DNA of 64,000 nt from NCBI GenBank assembly GCA_040954595.2, contig CM082579.2, forward strand, positions 2,658,345 through 2,722,344. The letters are read 5' to 3'. Positions 45,366 through 59,800 of this stretch are shown in pieces (within the stretch, counting starts at the first letter, position 1; each line of letters starts with the position of its first letter). Below the pieces are notes generated by a model. It was not told where the DNA came from. It saw only the letters and a list, made by a program, of their open reading frames with translations, and did not search any database. Position numbers and translations under genes: made by a program. Source of the stretch: Balanoglossus misakiensis (lineage: Eukaryota > Animalia > Hemichordata).

Positions 45366-48300
45366 GTTTAGATATTTGCTGGCGCCTTATGACAACATGG
45401 CCAAAACGCAGGGTCACTTTTATGCTCGATTGGGTTATAGAAGGATTGGTATTTTGATTCACATCCGACCTCTTCGGTGATACCGATAAAATAAATTGTC
45501 GCTTTTAGAAGAACATTTCTACTCGATTGAGAAGATTTTAAAAGGCGAAATAAGACAATACAATTTAAACTTGTTAGCTCTACACAAATTCGTATAAAAT
45601 CTTCCGCAAACTCGCAACCGGAATTTGAAAAATATTCCAATTCTGATCCAGGTGATAAGACGCATTTTGAAGTGCGCCAAATGCGACATAAGGTGGGTTA
45701 TTTTGTTTTTATGTCTTCGCCTTGCAGTTCTCCGCGCCACACCGTGAACTTTACAGTGGCTCCACACTATATGAAAGTTCTATCCTGATTTACATGTATC
45801 TGACTTTGAGCATTGAGCACTCTAAGATAAGAAACATGTGGTTACATACCATTACAGTACTTTGGTATAAGCAGACAACGATCTGCTCAAAATCTCAGCA
45901 GGCGCGTTTATCTCCGACAGTGACAGGTATTTGGAAGTAGCTAGGGTCCCGCGGTGTTAATTTGTCTCAATTAAGAGCAAATTAATAATATGTGACTCAG
46001 GCTGTTTATGAGTAGTCGAAGAGTAGATAATGATTCAGTAAATGGGGGATTGCAGTGGTAAGCTGTAACTTTTTGGTGTTTCTGATGGAATATGACTCTC
46101 TTCTTACTGTCAAACTTTTCGTAGGAATTTCAAAGTTTTGTGACTTTCCGATAGCATTCGTTGATGACAGTGTGGTGAAAGTTGTAGCGCTATTTCTACA
46201 TACTTTGTTGGGTTTCTTGTGCCACGAAGCCCAGACTGTCCCACAACCTCTAGTTTGTAACGCCTGTCTTGTTCAATATTTGCGTTGAAGGGCTGTGTAT
46301 TGTTACCGGCTGGTTGGAGGCGCAACAGGTAGCAACAGACTAGCTCTGTCTTACTTGAGAGACTGTGCTCTGTCTGAGCTGGGCCCCGGCGGTTCTCTGC
46401 TAGCTGTACACCGATGTCCAAGGGAGAGCAGAGACAGCTTAGACTATTGTGCTTGCCAGGTGAGCTTGGCTTAGCTTCTTTTACATGTAATGTTCTACAG
46501 TCAGAAGGACGTAGCCAGCGTGTGGGCTGTGAGAGAGTGTATACGTATAGTTATAATCAGACCCGTAGAATATGTTTCTCGTTTGTCAATTTTCATGTTG
46601 TGTCTGTTGTCAGATATTTAATGAGTTATTCGTTATATAACTCACCCCAGGGAGGGCGACACAGGTCTAGACATGGGCGATATTATATCTGCTCAATGTG
46701 CCACTCGTAATTAGGACACACCAGAATGTGGAGACAGTCTTCTTTAGGATCTTTATCCCACTTTAACTTTATACAGTGCATAATCTACAACCCTGCTGCG
46801 ACCCAGTAAAGCACCCCCAGTCCGGCCCAATAGTATGATGAATACCCGACCCTAAGGTGTCGTGTGCTTTAAGCGTATTGTAATTTGTCCGTGGTATGCG
46901 GATGAAGAGTTTTAAGTCATCCCTGGACTGTCTTCTAGTTTAGTTGCCACTCTTTCTGACGAACGAACACAATACACGTCCAGTCCACGCCTTCCACCAT
47001 AAAGCTATAGATACAAGGACGGACATTGGTATTTGGAGTAACACCAGCGAAAGATCACAAAGGTAACACAGCTAGATTTTTCATTACATAGGCATTATCC
47101 TTATGCGCATATAGCGACGATGTTTGCCGTAACACATATGATAAAACGTAACTCAGCCACTACGAATATGTACAACTGGTTAATATATCACTTTGAGTAA
47201 CTTGTCGACGTCCATTAGAGAAATTTGGCATGACGAAGGAAGTGTTAAGGACAGGGCTATGCATGGCCCAGGTTTATACAAGAATTGCTCGCATGGCGTA
47301 TACAGGCGTATAATCACGTGTGACGAAAAAATGTAAAACTGTTTTGCCATCAACAGTTTCTAACCAAATAGTATAAGACAACGAATTGGTTTTGTCTATT
47401 CTTACACGACCGGAGACGTTAATAGGATCAACGTGATGTCGGTAGATGTAAGCAGGGACTTCATAATGGGATTAAATAAGTTGTAGAGATTATTCTTATT
47501 AATTGAAATGCATTGACTCCACTCACAATTAATGAAATGTCCCTCCCAATCAGATTAAAATCAGCTGTAGAGATAAGGCTCCGTCTCTACCTTTGCTGCG
47601 TGTTTGCTGTTCCTATTCTACGTCTGTAGACTAGCCGCTTGGTGATTTTTTGTCTTTATACAGATTCCTAACTATTCTCGGCTGTTCGACGTCTCGTAAT
47701 CTTTTACTCATTAGTTTTCGCGCATACGATCAGGTGCTCGCAGATGTACGTACTTACACACATGTACATATACTTGCAATTATATCGCATTCCACTCAGC
47801 AGAAACTGTTACTCAGAATAGGGATCTCATTTGCTAAAGAAATCATCAAAATTAGCTATGGTGATCTCAGGTGCTTATTTGTGTAATATAAGACATTTTC
47901 CGAAAAGGGCGTAAAATCTATTTTTTTGCAAAAAAAAAAACCTGGATAGCAGCAGTTACGGTCGTGCCTTCTGTTACGCAAATATCGAACCTGGATAATA
48001 TTGCAGGATACGGTATCTTCGGTAAATACTTGCATACTTCTCGTGATAGATCGCTGGATTATAGTATACCTTATGGAAAAAGTGCTTTGTTGGAAGGAAC
48101 GTGAATGCTGAGAAATACGGAGTGGAGTCACTCGAGTCATTGCGAGATTGCGTGTGAACTCAGACAACTGCCTCTTATTGTCCGAGGTGTAAATTAACAC
48201 TTGTGAAATGTTTTGCAGGTATAGTCTTGAACAAGTGTACTGGTGCGTGACACCGATTGCAGATCAAATAACTTCATCGACTAACTGGTAAAATAACCCA

Positions 48301-51300
48301 TTCAGAGAGTAGCATTAGGATTCAATTTAGCGAAGACTATCGGCTCCACACCTCCGGCGTACCTGGCCTGCTGATCAGCGGGTGGTACAATCGTAATGTG
48401 CTTCTTTCCGCGGCGCATCATAAGTTTAATTCATTGAATTGAAATCCGTGTTTTAAGTCACAGATAATGGCCCCTTTCATGGTTGTTTTGGAGGCTGACT
48501 TTCGAAGAGGCTTCAAGTGGCCACGCGGCGTTGGTTATATTCTATGAGAACACGACTGAAATTCTGTGATTGAACAAGAGAGGGATTTGCGCTGACAGAG
48601 AGATCGTGAATCAGCAAAAAATCGAGTCTGTGAACTGTTTGGGATTTAGTTCAAGGTCTGATTGTGGAGGGACATGTAACTGGAAACAATATCCAATGGC
48701 TGGCGAGGTGCCCTTTAAAGTAGATCACGGCGTTTGTTGTCTGCTTTTCACGAAAACGTTCTACATTCGGTGACAGTCGGCATTTTCAGTCAACCAAAAG
48801 GAATCGGACCACTTGAAAATCACTTTGTCGACATTATTGGCGACTGTCGTGGGAAAGTAATACAAGGTGGCCTGCCCTCGCCACACTAAAAGTCTGTCTG
48901 TCTGTATGCATGCGTGTGTGTGTGTGTTTAGTTTTCGCTGTTTTGCGTTTGTTTGGAAAACTTTCCTGAAAGTTTTACTGTTGTCGGGCACGTTGATTTC
49001 TTCTGTGGACTTCCACCCGCCACTAACAGAGCAAATTCGTGTCAACTTTGAACTATCCAGATCCCTTGTAATTCTACCGAATAAAAGACGAAGTAGCGAA
49101 AGTCAGCATTAATTTAGTTGAAACATTATAGCTCTAATGCGATTTCGTCCCCAGAGCCGGATCGAACATTGCGCCCTCTGCGGTTCCCAATCACTAAAAA
49201 CGTGACGGCGAAAATAGAAGGTACATGTAGTTCTGTGAAATGCAATGTATACCTGTTCTAGTGAGTAATTACCACCCCTTTCGTTCCAAGATTATTACCT
49301 ATACCAAAATATAACTATTATTTGAAATAAAGTATCCTATTACCGGCATGACGGACACTAGCTTTTATGCAGGTGTGGTGTAGGGACAGTGAGCGTGCTT
49401 TGCGTCGAAACAGCTTCGGTAATTGGGTAATAGCGAAGGCCGTTACAAAACGATCATCCTTTCAGCAAACACTCTGTAAATAGCAACAGTCAAACAGTTT
49501 ACTAGAAACACGTTCGCTCGCGGTCGGCTTTCTTTTGAACTCTCCCAATCGATGACCGAAAGAGGGCGGCCTACTCGCCCATGCAAAAGCACTTGTTGAG
49601 CGAATCGACCTTTCGCCACCGGCATTCCATTTCTGTTAATCATAAAATTAAAAGGCTCTCAAGCGTCTTTCAAATTAATTTGCAATCTTTCTGATTAAGT
49701 TGAGAACCCACTTTCCATCTCATAAGGTTAGGGTCATGTAGATCTCCAGTGCCATATGAAGCAGCACGAAATAAATCACTATAACTCAGGTCCCCCTGAA
49801 GAGAGATAAAATGAAATATAAATCAACTTCAGTATAAAATCACATCAGTCTTTTCTTTTTATATGTGTAATAATTTATAACATATATATTTTAATACTTA
49901 ACTGAAGACTATTAAATTATCTTGAGCAATGTGTCGTTGTGACGTCAAATTCCATACGTTTGAGTCGCAAATCATTCGCAAGAAGCATAATACATTAAGG
50001 ACTTTCTTCCACTTCGTGCATTCTGTTACTTGTACAAACTTCACTTTCCGTTGAAAAGGGGAGACTAAGGGAGACACTTTACTATATAGAATTAATGGCT
50101 TCATTCTGAGCATGATTTTAATTTGTTTATTCTTTTATGACGCAGGTAGAGACAAGGCTCGTGTGTCCAAGCTATTCTCACCTTTTGATTGACATGTCTA
50201 TCGCCATGATAATGTCAATGGCTTTGACAATAACGTTGCCATTACTCATCGTACGTAACTTCCCTTCACTAATCATGATTTATTACCCTCAGACTATATT
50301 CAAATGAAGTGAGGGGGTCTTCACTGAATTCATAGCATCCATGGTTTAATTTCTGTAGGCGCGTCGACCCCTTTCTCCGACGGAATGATTTTGTTGTCGC
50401 TTGGGCTATCTGAATCCAGAGAACTTAGAACATAGTTCATTTTCCACAAAATAGGATCCTCTAAATGACCACGTTATGATTTTTTCTGCTTCATCGGCTT
50501 TATATTTGTTGATACAAGTAAAAAAAAAAACTATAGTTGTAAGTCTTCTACAATCTTCACTTCTCGACGGGCACAACCAGTCCATGGCACAGAAGAAAAA
50601 AAAAACTTCCATATTGACCAGGTGATAAATTTTCTTTAACGATGGCTGGAACAAGACATAAAATCGAATCTTTTTTGTTTATTTCAGTGGACACTTTTTG
50701 TCCATTTGTTTTATTTAAAGAAACTCGCGTTTTATTGAGACGCGGTGATCGGGTCCGGGGTCGACGGCCACTGTTTCTCCGACAGCGGGCGGTGCGGTTT
50801 ATGTCTTCATCCACTCCCTTCGGAGCAAACACAACTTGCCAATTTCTGTTTACTTACCTAAGTTCACTGTCCTCTGCATTCAGGCGAATTTTGTGCCATT
50901 TGAAAACTAAACGGTACAATAAACTTACAAGACAACACAGACCTGGTCTGTGCTGTGTCTTTCTGCCCAAATTTCAACTTGAAGTTTCCCTTCACATTTG
51001 TTTTAAACGGGAAAGGCTTCCAATCAAACGTTTGGGATTTGATACTGGAAATACTGCTCGGTACACAGACCGGTAGCTGGGTACAAACTGGGAATCAATA
51101 CCCTGATCATAGCTTCGGAGAGAACAAAAGTCAGAGTATTCATAGGTAAACTCATGTTGATTACATTTCTGCGTAATCTCCGCCTCCAGAAACAAGACAA
51201 GGCATAGGGTATGTATGCAGCTCAGCATGTAGCCATACACTTAATTGATTGACAGGATGAAGTTGAAAAGATGGCTGTATGGATTGGGCCTGACGTCACG

Positions 51301-51679
51301 TGCTCCGCCTACTGATGGAGTGTATTGTCGATTCCAGTGGCCAAAAATGTCGCTTGTGTTGAGGTGGTAGGGTACGCTTAGTTTACGTTCCAGTTTTGAC
51401 TTATAATTTGCGTATCTCCTCACCAGGTTGACTAATGGAAATAGCTGGATGTGTTTCGTGATCGTCTCGGGGACAATGTGGAAGATATTCGGCGAGATGG
51501 ACTCATGCGAACGCGGACTCTGAGAGGTTCGATGCGGATAATGTTGTCGAAGCCCCAACATGGTGGTTGCTTCTGAAAAGATCACACAAGCCCAGCGCTG
51601 TACTACAAAAGCCACTGGTGCTACCTGAGATGGTTTCGAGGGAATCGCTTCTCGACGCTTCGTAGTTGGCGACCAAGTC

Positions 51680-54600
51680 ATGGCAATCTACGGCCACAAG
51701 ATGGTACCGGCCAAAACGACTCAACAAGTATTCATAATAATTTTGCTACGTGTTCTAACCCTCGCCATCGCCGAGGAGGATTTACAGAACGGTCGTGCAG
51801 TGGAGCGTGTATTTTTCAGCGTTGACGAAGGTCAACCTCCTGGAACCTACGTAGGTACTGTGCCTGTCCGGCCAGGCTTTACATACTCATTTAGCACAGA
51901 TCCTCCTTTATTTATAATCAACCCGAATGATGGAACTATAGAGACTACATTCAACATTGATCGGGAAGAACTGGATGAAGATGTACTAAATTATGTAGTT
52001 CTCGGTGCGTCGGTTAGCGGCGCTCTGCCTACGTACCCGATCGAAGTGAGAATAACAATTGTTGACATCAACGATAACTCGCCAAGTTTTCCAGAGCCAA
52101 GTATTAGTATATCCTTCTCCGAAAGTGCCAGGGTGGGCTCCCAATATATTTTAGACACTGCTACAGACCCTGATGCAGGCACAAACGGAATCACGGAGAA
52201 TTATGCCATAGCCGGTGGAAATCCGGACAATTTATTCAGGCTGGTTGTGACACCAAATCCCAGCGGCGCGGCAGCCTTTTTACACGTCGAAACTGTAGGC
52301 TCACTAGACAGGGAAATACAGGATTTTTATCAACTCAACATTACAGCCCAAGATGGGGGTAGCCCTCCTTTACTTGGGTATATTTTAGTGAACATTACCA
52401 TTCGTGATGCGAATGACAATCCGCCAATATTCGACCAGAGCGAATATGATGTGAGCCTCAATGAAAGTACGCCAGCGGATACATTAGTGCTGCGGGTAAG
52501 AGCGACAGACCGCGATGACGGAGAAAATGCCGATATAATTTATTTTCTTGATGAAGGGGAGGACTTATTTACAATTCATCCTCAAACGGGTGAAATAAGG
52601 ACGCTAAGGACGTTGGATTTCGAGAACAACGGCGTTTATACGATAACGGTGGAAGCCCAGGATAAGGGTAACCCCACGCAGTACGGCCGCGCTTTTGTCC
52701 ACATCAGCCTGGTGGACGAAAATGACCATTCGCCAACTGTGACTTTCCGTTTCATCCCGAGCAGTTCTACGTTTGCAACTGTCGATGAAGATGCACCCAT
52801 CGGGACGATTGCCGCAATTGCCACGGTAACAGACGCCGACGAGGGTCTCTTCGGACAAGCGTATCTTCGCATAGAAGCGGGCAACGAGCAGGGGCATTTT
52901 CGGTTGTATCCGCTGGCCGGTTTGTACGCGGTCCAAGTTGCCGCAAAGTTGGATCGCGAGCGGATTTCGCAGTACAATTTAACATTTATCGGCCAAGACT
53001 TCGGCTCGCCGCCTCGTACAACAGTGGCACACATGATCATCTATGTCACTGACGCCAATGATCACGATCCAGTATTTAGCGAGGAAGTTTACCGTGCTTC
53101 CCTCAGCGAACTTTCGCCTGTCGGCAGCTTTGTGAAAAGTCTCACCGCGACCGACGCCGACTCGGGCTTGAACGCCCAAGTGAAATACCTAATCACCGAC
53201 GGTAATGATTTGGACTGGTTCGAAATCGATGAAAATACGGGACTAGTTACTACCAAAGCCAAACTTGATCAGGAATTCATATCAGAAATCACACTCAACG
53301 TCACAGCTCACGATCTGGGGATAAGCCAACGTCAAGCGCAGACCCACCTTGTTATCACCGTAGTGGATGAAAATGATCAAGCTCCCGCCTTCACATTTAC
53401 AAGTTATAATGTAACTATACCAGAAAATGCGGCTCCAAACAGAGAAATTACTATTGTATCCGCGTCGGACACAGACTTGGGTGTTAATGGGGCAGTGTTT
53501 TATAAACTTGAAGAGGACGTCAGCGTCGATTACCCAGGGGTGTTTAGTATTGATAGCCATTCAGGAAAAATTGTTACTTTGATTTCCTTTGATAGAGAAA
53601 CAATTTCATACTACTCTATCACCGTTAGAGCGTTCGATGGCGGCAGTCCGCCACAGTTTTCAACCGCAAAAGTGAACGTTAGAGTAACTGATTTGAACGA
53701 TAATCACCCTGAGTTTTATCCGATCAACTATTACGCGCACGTAGAGGAAAACGAACCAGCGGGAACTTCAGTCACTCAGGTGAGCGCATCGGACCCCGAT
53801 TTCGGAAATAACGGAGCTATTGAATATTCCATCGTCCAAGACCCATCCAACGGCAAATTTGTGGTCGACCGGACGACCGGTGTCGTCAGGACAACCGTGT
53901 CGCTGGACAGGGAGGAGCAGTTTTCTTATCAATTGACGGTGCGCGCCAGAGATGGTGGGAATCTGATCTCCACCACGGATGCCGTCGTTCACATTACCGT
54001 CAGGGATATACAGGACAGTCCACCACAGTTCACCCAAACCGGTTACCAGTTCGAAATCTTCGAAAACACCGATCTTGGTCATCGCGTGGGGAGTGTGATG
54101 GCCACTACCAGAGACGCAAGTACGACCATCACCTATGCAATTTCTTCGGGAGATCGGAACGGCGTCTTCCAAATAATCGCGGCTACGGGGGAAATAAAAA
54201 CAGCCAAGCAAATCGACAGGGAAGAACAGTCTTTTTACCAGCTAACAGTAATCGCAAACGGAGGTCCTGTCATCGGCCAGGCGACTGTCAACGTAACTAT
54301 TCTAGACTTGAACGATAACGCGCCTCAGTTCTTACGCGATGCGGTCATCACTGATGTGGTGGAAAGTTGGGAAGTCGGTCACGATGTGTACAAAGTTGTC
54401 GCAATAGACAGCGACGAGGGGCCCAATGCAGATATTGTGTACGAATTAATCACAAACCCCGGGAATGTTTTCCGAATCGACTCCCAGACAGGACAGATGT
54501 CCCTGAATATGCCCATCTCCGGACAATCTAGAGCGTACTTTTTGCAAGTATTGGCCACCGACACGGGAACACCCCATCGATCATCAGTTCTCAATGTCAC

Positions 54601-56839
54601 CGTTCAAGTGCGCGATGTCAATGACCATGCACCCGTCTTTGTGCAGAGCAGCTATGCGACCGAAGTCCGTGAATCCATGGAGCTGAACGCTCAGTTCTAT
54701 GAAGTTTCTGCCACGGATGATGATGTTGGAGAAAATGGCCTTGTGTCGTACTCGATCACGCACGGCAGCGGCGCCAGCAAATTTGGCATTTTCCCCGATG
54801 GTAGTCTGTACCTGAAGAATTACCTGGACAGGGAGCTGATGGATCACTATGTTTTGACGGTCACTGCTTCTGATAATGGGGTACCACAGCGCAGTTCATC
54901 TGTTGAGGTAACCATCACTGTTTTAGATGACAATGACAATAGGCCATTATTTGCCAATCAGACCTACTATCTCTATCTGCAAGAAGAAATGCCACAGAAT
55001 ACCTACGTTGGCATCATCATCGCCAGCGATCAGGACACCGGCAAAAATGCTGAACTGAGTTATAGTTTGTCATCTGGGCAGTCAGACTACACCATCAACT
55101 CACTGACAGGCGAAATCAGCAGCACCAGGGCGTTTGATCGCGAAGAGCTCCTGAGAGAGGGAAAATCGACGGTGTTCGAGCTGGATGCGGTTGTCCGTGA
55201 CAACGGAGAACCTCGCTTGGAAGACCATGCACGCATCTACATCCACATCACTGACATCAACGATAACTACCCGCGCTTTTTCTCAGACGTCTACACGGCC
55301 TCCATCTCCGAGACAGCCGCCATCAACACACCTGTCGTCCACGTGGCCGCCCACGATGAAGACAGCGGCACAAACTCAGAAATCACATACAGCATCACCG
55401 ACGGAAACGCAGATGAGAAATTCCAAATCAACACTTTCACTGGCCAGGTTACACTGATGGGGATGCTGGACAGAGAGACTGTGGCAGAGTACACACTGAC
55501 TGTAGCAGCCCAGGATAAGGGAAGCCCTCAGCCTCTGACTTCATTTGTACAGGTCCAAATCCACATCATTGATGAAAATGACAACGCACCTGTTTTCGCC
55601 CAGTCGGCAAGATCGGTTGATGTTGCAGAGACTCTTGAAATTGGCGAGCTCATCACCGTGGTCAGCGCGTCTGATGAAGACACCGGCCAGAATGCACTGA
55701 TCAACTACGTGATAACCGGTGGCAATGTGCTAAACACATTCCGCATTGATCAAGACTCAGGCAATCTGTATCTGGCAAAACCATTGGATTATGAAACCCA
55801 GAACTACTATGAACTGAACATCACCGCTCAAGACAACGGGAGAACGCCCCTGACCGACACGATATGGTTCAAGATCTACGTGAGAGACACAAACGATAAC
55901 GCACCTGTATTCCGATCAAATGCCATCATCCACCAAGAAACTGAAGGCGTTGCCGTGGGTACAAAACTCGTCACGGTAACCGCTACAGATCCGGATTCCG
56001 GTGTCAACGGCGAAATTGTGTATTCCATCGCCGAGCAAATTCCTCCCGGCGATCACTTCTCCATAGACCCGAAAACGGGCGAAATCTTCACTGCGGCTGA
56101 AATCGACAGGGAGTATTTACCGGATGGCACGTTTCAAATCATTGTCATGGCAACGGATCAGGCAGTTCCCGCCTCCTCCAGGAAGTCGACAACCAAGAGA
56201 GTGCTGATCACTGTGGCTGATGTGAATGACAATGCTCCCATGTTTGTGTCCCACAATGCAGCCAGTATTTCTGAATCAGCTCGAGTTGGTGATGTTGTCA
56301 CCACGGTAACCGCCACCGATCCTGATGAAGGGAGCAATGGAGAGGTGACCTACTCCCTTTCCCAGAATGCCAATGGCCTCTTCGACATCAACTCCTACAC
56401 CGGTATCATTTTCCTGACTCAGAATTTAGACGCATCTCGGGTTAAATATCCAATCACTGTAACAGCAACGGACAGCGGCAACTCTCGGAAATCAAGTTCA
56501 TTCACGATCACGGTCATCGTCGTCGACAGTGGCAATTCGGGAGCCGCTTTTACCAAGAGCATGTACACAGGGAGTGTTTATGAAAACGAGCCAGTTGGAA
56601 CCAACGTGGTCGCAGTCAATGCCAGGTACTCCAATGGACAAAATGCGCAGATTGAATACTACATCACGTCGATCACATCCGGAAACACGGACCGTGGTAG
56701 AGACTTTGTCATCGACAAATCATCAGGTCAGTTGACGGTCGGGCGAGAACTTGACAGAGAAGAAGGTTATGTGGATTACATGGTGACTGTGTATGCAATC
56801 GATGTTGGTGCCTCCTCACCAAAAACCAGAAGTACACAG
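51680..56839 (+). CDS. FAT4: Protocadherin Fat4 (Fat ortholog), giant first coding exon with about 16 cadherin repeats; gene continues beyond the window
   Basis: Signal peptide followed by FSVDEGQPPGTYVGTVPVRPGFTYSF, matching the FAT4 first repeat (FQVLEEQPPGTLVGTIQTRPGFTYRL). Repeated LDRE, DxNDNxP and AxDxG motifs. The exon ends at a CAG|GTAAGC donor at 56840. Confidence 0.92.
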
Positions 56840-59800
56840 GTAAGCGAACTTTGGTATTTGCTGAAGAAGTTCTTATACCGATTGAGCTTTGGTTTAAAGC
56901 TCCACTGGCTGTAACTTTTCACTTTGTTTTCAGTATTTTTGTTTTGTGTATCTACTGCAATTTCTTGTTCAGATCCCCGAAGCATATGATGAAATGCCCA
57001 GTATTCAGCTTATTGACACAACCTGTATGTATTTTTATGGTGCAAAATTTAAATTCAAGTCCAGACTAGAATTCATTATAGCAACAATAACAATGGTCGT
57101 TGCACACATATACTGATATAGGCTATGTTGACAGGCAGAGTACTGGGCATGCTGTTTGGAGTAGAACAGAAAATTGCATTTGGTAAACAACAAAAATACT
57201 GAAAATAACACCAACAAGTTACAGCTACATGTAATGTCCCTTTAATAGTAAGCAGTAATGCAGGGTATTTTGCCAATTTTAAAATCATTAAACAGAAAAG
57301 TAAAAAAAGCTGAACACACATCATAATGTATTCAGGAGGCCTTTACTTCGTCTGTGTAACAAGTGTGCATTGTTCATAGACCTGGGCTTTGTAGGGCAAA
57401 CATAGGTCTGTGCCTCACTTGGTATGTCGGCCATATTTGTAGAGGTACATTCCATTGTGCGCTTGGCGACTAACTGATACAAGGACCCCACCGATAACAC
57501 GATACCCGCCAACTCAAAACTCGGACATAAATATTTTGGGCTCCATCAAATAAAATCGAATGTCTACAGCACTAAAAACTGCAGGAATTTTACGAGTTCG
57601 ACCTGAAACGCATGTTGACAGATTGTCAAGTTTAAAAGAGAGCAATCGTGGTGACGTAAACACGCAAACATAAACATTTACAGTGAAATATTGTATATTT
57701 GGCGCTAGGTGCACTTCAAACACAGCTCACGAGCTGGCAATCAAAATCCGTTCACTATTTAATTTTTAACTCTATCGGCATTTTGAATAGACTGACCAAA
57801 TATTTCTGAAGGGAATGTTGTCACAGGTATTAATACGTGTATGAAGAAGTCAATAATTGAGTCTTTGTGTTGCCTGTGTGGTTTAAAGACACATTACACG
57901 GGTTTGATGGATTGGCATATAAATCACAACACCTCTTGGTTGACGGGGGTAGGACACCTGTTGTTCAGATGGCTGCAATCTTGAATTTCTAGATGTGCTC
58001 ATCTCACAATACATTAGGAATTCTGGAGTTTCCAGGGGTAGAGGTCAAATTGCATCTTGGGATTTCCAAATCGCCAAAAAAAGACAGAACTCCACTATAG
58101 TCACTGTTTATACCAAAGTGGTATTATCTTATAAATTACGACTTCTAAGGATATGGTTGATGGACACTTGTATTTCTGTGCAAACTGCACTTGACCCAGG
58201 GATCAGTTTGCGGGACCCTCCAAAGATGCCTGGCCAACGAGCGTCAATAGCCGTTGTCTATGCCAGTGTTTCCAATTAGAATATTGATTGGGCTTTGGAT
58301 GTAGTCTCATTGTAGCTTTACAGTTGGTCAGGGGAGAAAGGAATTCATCTGCATTGTCCGCAGCCAGTCATGCATACTAATGCCCCAACAGTGGAGAAAG
58401 TCTCCAAAAAAGCTTTCCCTTTTTCAGTTCACCCCGATCACATTTGATTATTCTCCAGTCTCCCGAACACCATCGTTGCAGAGTTCGCCTAGCTGCGCGC
58501 ACTGAAAAACGTAAAGGCTTTGAGTATTTCGCGCATTCAGAGAATGGACAGAAAACAATTTGTCTGTCAGTTTTTATTACTGTTCCACTTCGGGTCAGGG
58601 TGTGAGTTCGGGATTTGTAAATATTTCAGCTCTGACATGGAAACAGAGGTGATGACATCATTTCGTGCCTGTATGTTTACGCCAACAGATTCTGTGTAAA
58701 CGTTCAGACAACTCTATTTACCAAAATTTCTCTTCTTATGCACGACAACAATTTTTGTTCTAAGCAAGTCACGTTGCAAGATGTTCACACATAAACTATC
58801 TTTGATAGAAACAAACTTTCACCAGAGTAAGGTCAGATCTGTGTGCAATCGTAGAAAGTAGTGTCTCTGTGGTACAATGATCTCGAATGAGTCTCTACAT
58901 GGGGAAAATGGCTGATTGACACCGTAGATATGTCCAAAAAAACAACCTGTTTTTTTAAATGAACGTCGAGCCCTGTACTGCAGTAAACAGGATAGGGATT
59001 CTTTTTCAAACCTTTGATTAAAATATAGAACTATTCAGTATTCTTCAGGCCAGACAGAATCATCCGGTTATGGCTGTACAACTACAACTAAGGTATTTTT
59101 GTTGTTGATCAATCATGGAGAGAGGATATACCATGCTGCGAATATGCTCTATTGTTGAAAAATTGCAGCAAAAGTACCTGAAATCTGTAAACAAATAAAG
59201 TGGGCTGTTTCTCGCATCTTGTTCAGTGTCAATCACTGTGACTTCAGCAAGAAAAAAAGAATTGTTCAGTTCTCCTTAAGGGTGTTACAAAGGCAACTCA
59301 CAACAAAGAACGTCTTCTTATTATGCAGTGGCCTTTACAACTTAATTTGATGTGTCAGTCACTAGGTCTTCTTGTACAACTCACCCCTCCGTAGTGCAAA
59401 CTTTTATGTCCGTGTCTTGTCAAGGGGAGATGTTTCTTTCATGATTTACAAAGAATTGTCACGAGAAGGCGGGTGTTTCGCAACGGGATGCGGCAAGTCA
59501 TGATGTAGTTTTGTGTAAATTGTTTGTGCTGAAGAGGTTTGTGGGGTGAAATATTCTTGAATTAAGGTTGTTGGATGGCCTGTCAAATTGTGTACCAAAA
59601 TGGAAGACGATGATTGTTATTACTACTGTGATCTAGAGAGACACACCGCTCTGAAACTTCCCATTCAGGAATTCCTGGAGCAGCAGGGTCTTAATCTGTG
59701 AACTCGTTTGTCCATAATTTTGCATAATGCAGTTAATTGTCTGCTGGATTAGCGAGGTGTTGATCATCTATCTGCACAAAACAATTACTGGTGCTTTGTT

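Noticed and set aside
49146-49195. tRNA-like B-box (GTTCGATCC on the minus strand)
   Set aside because: No A-box, cloverleaf or acceptor stem could be built.
56840-56914. C-terminal end of the 1744-aa ORF, suggesting a secreted short cadherin
   Set aside because: It is read-through past a strong GTAAGC donor, and FAT4 continues outside the window.
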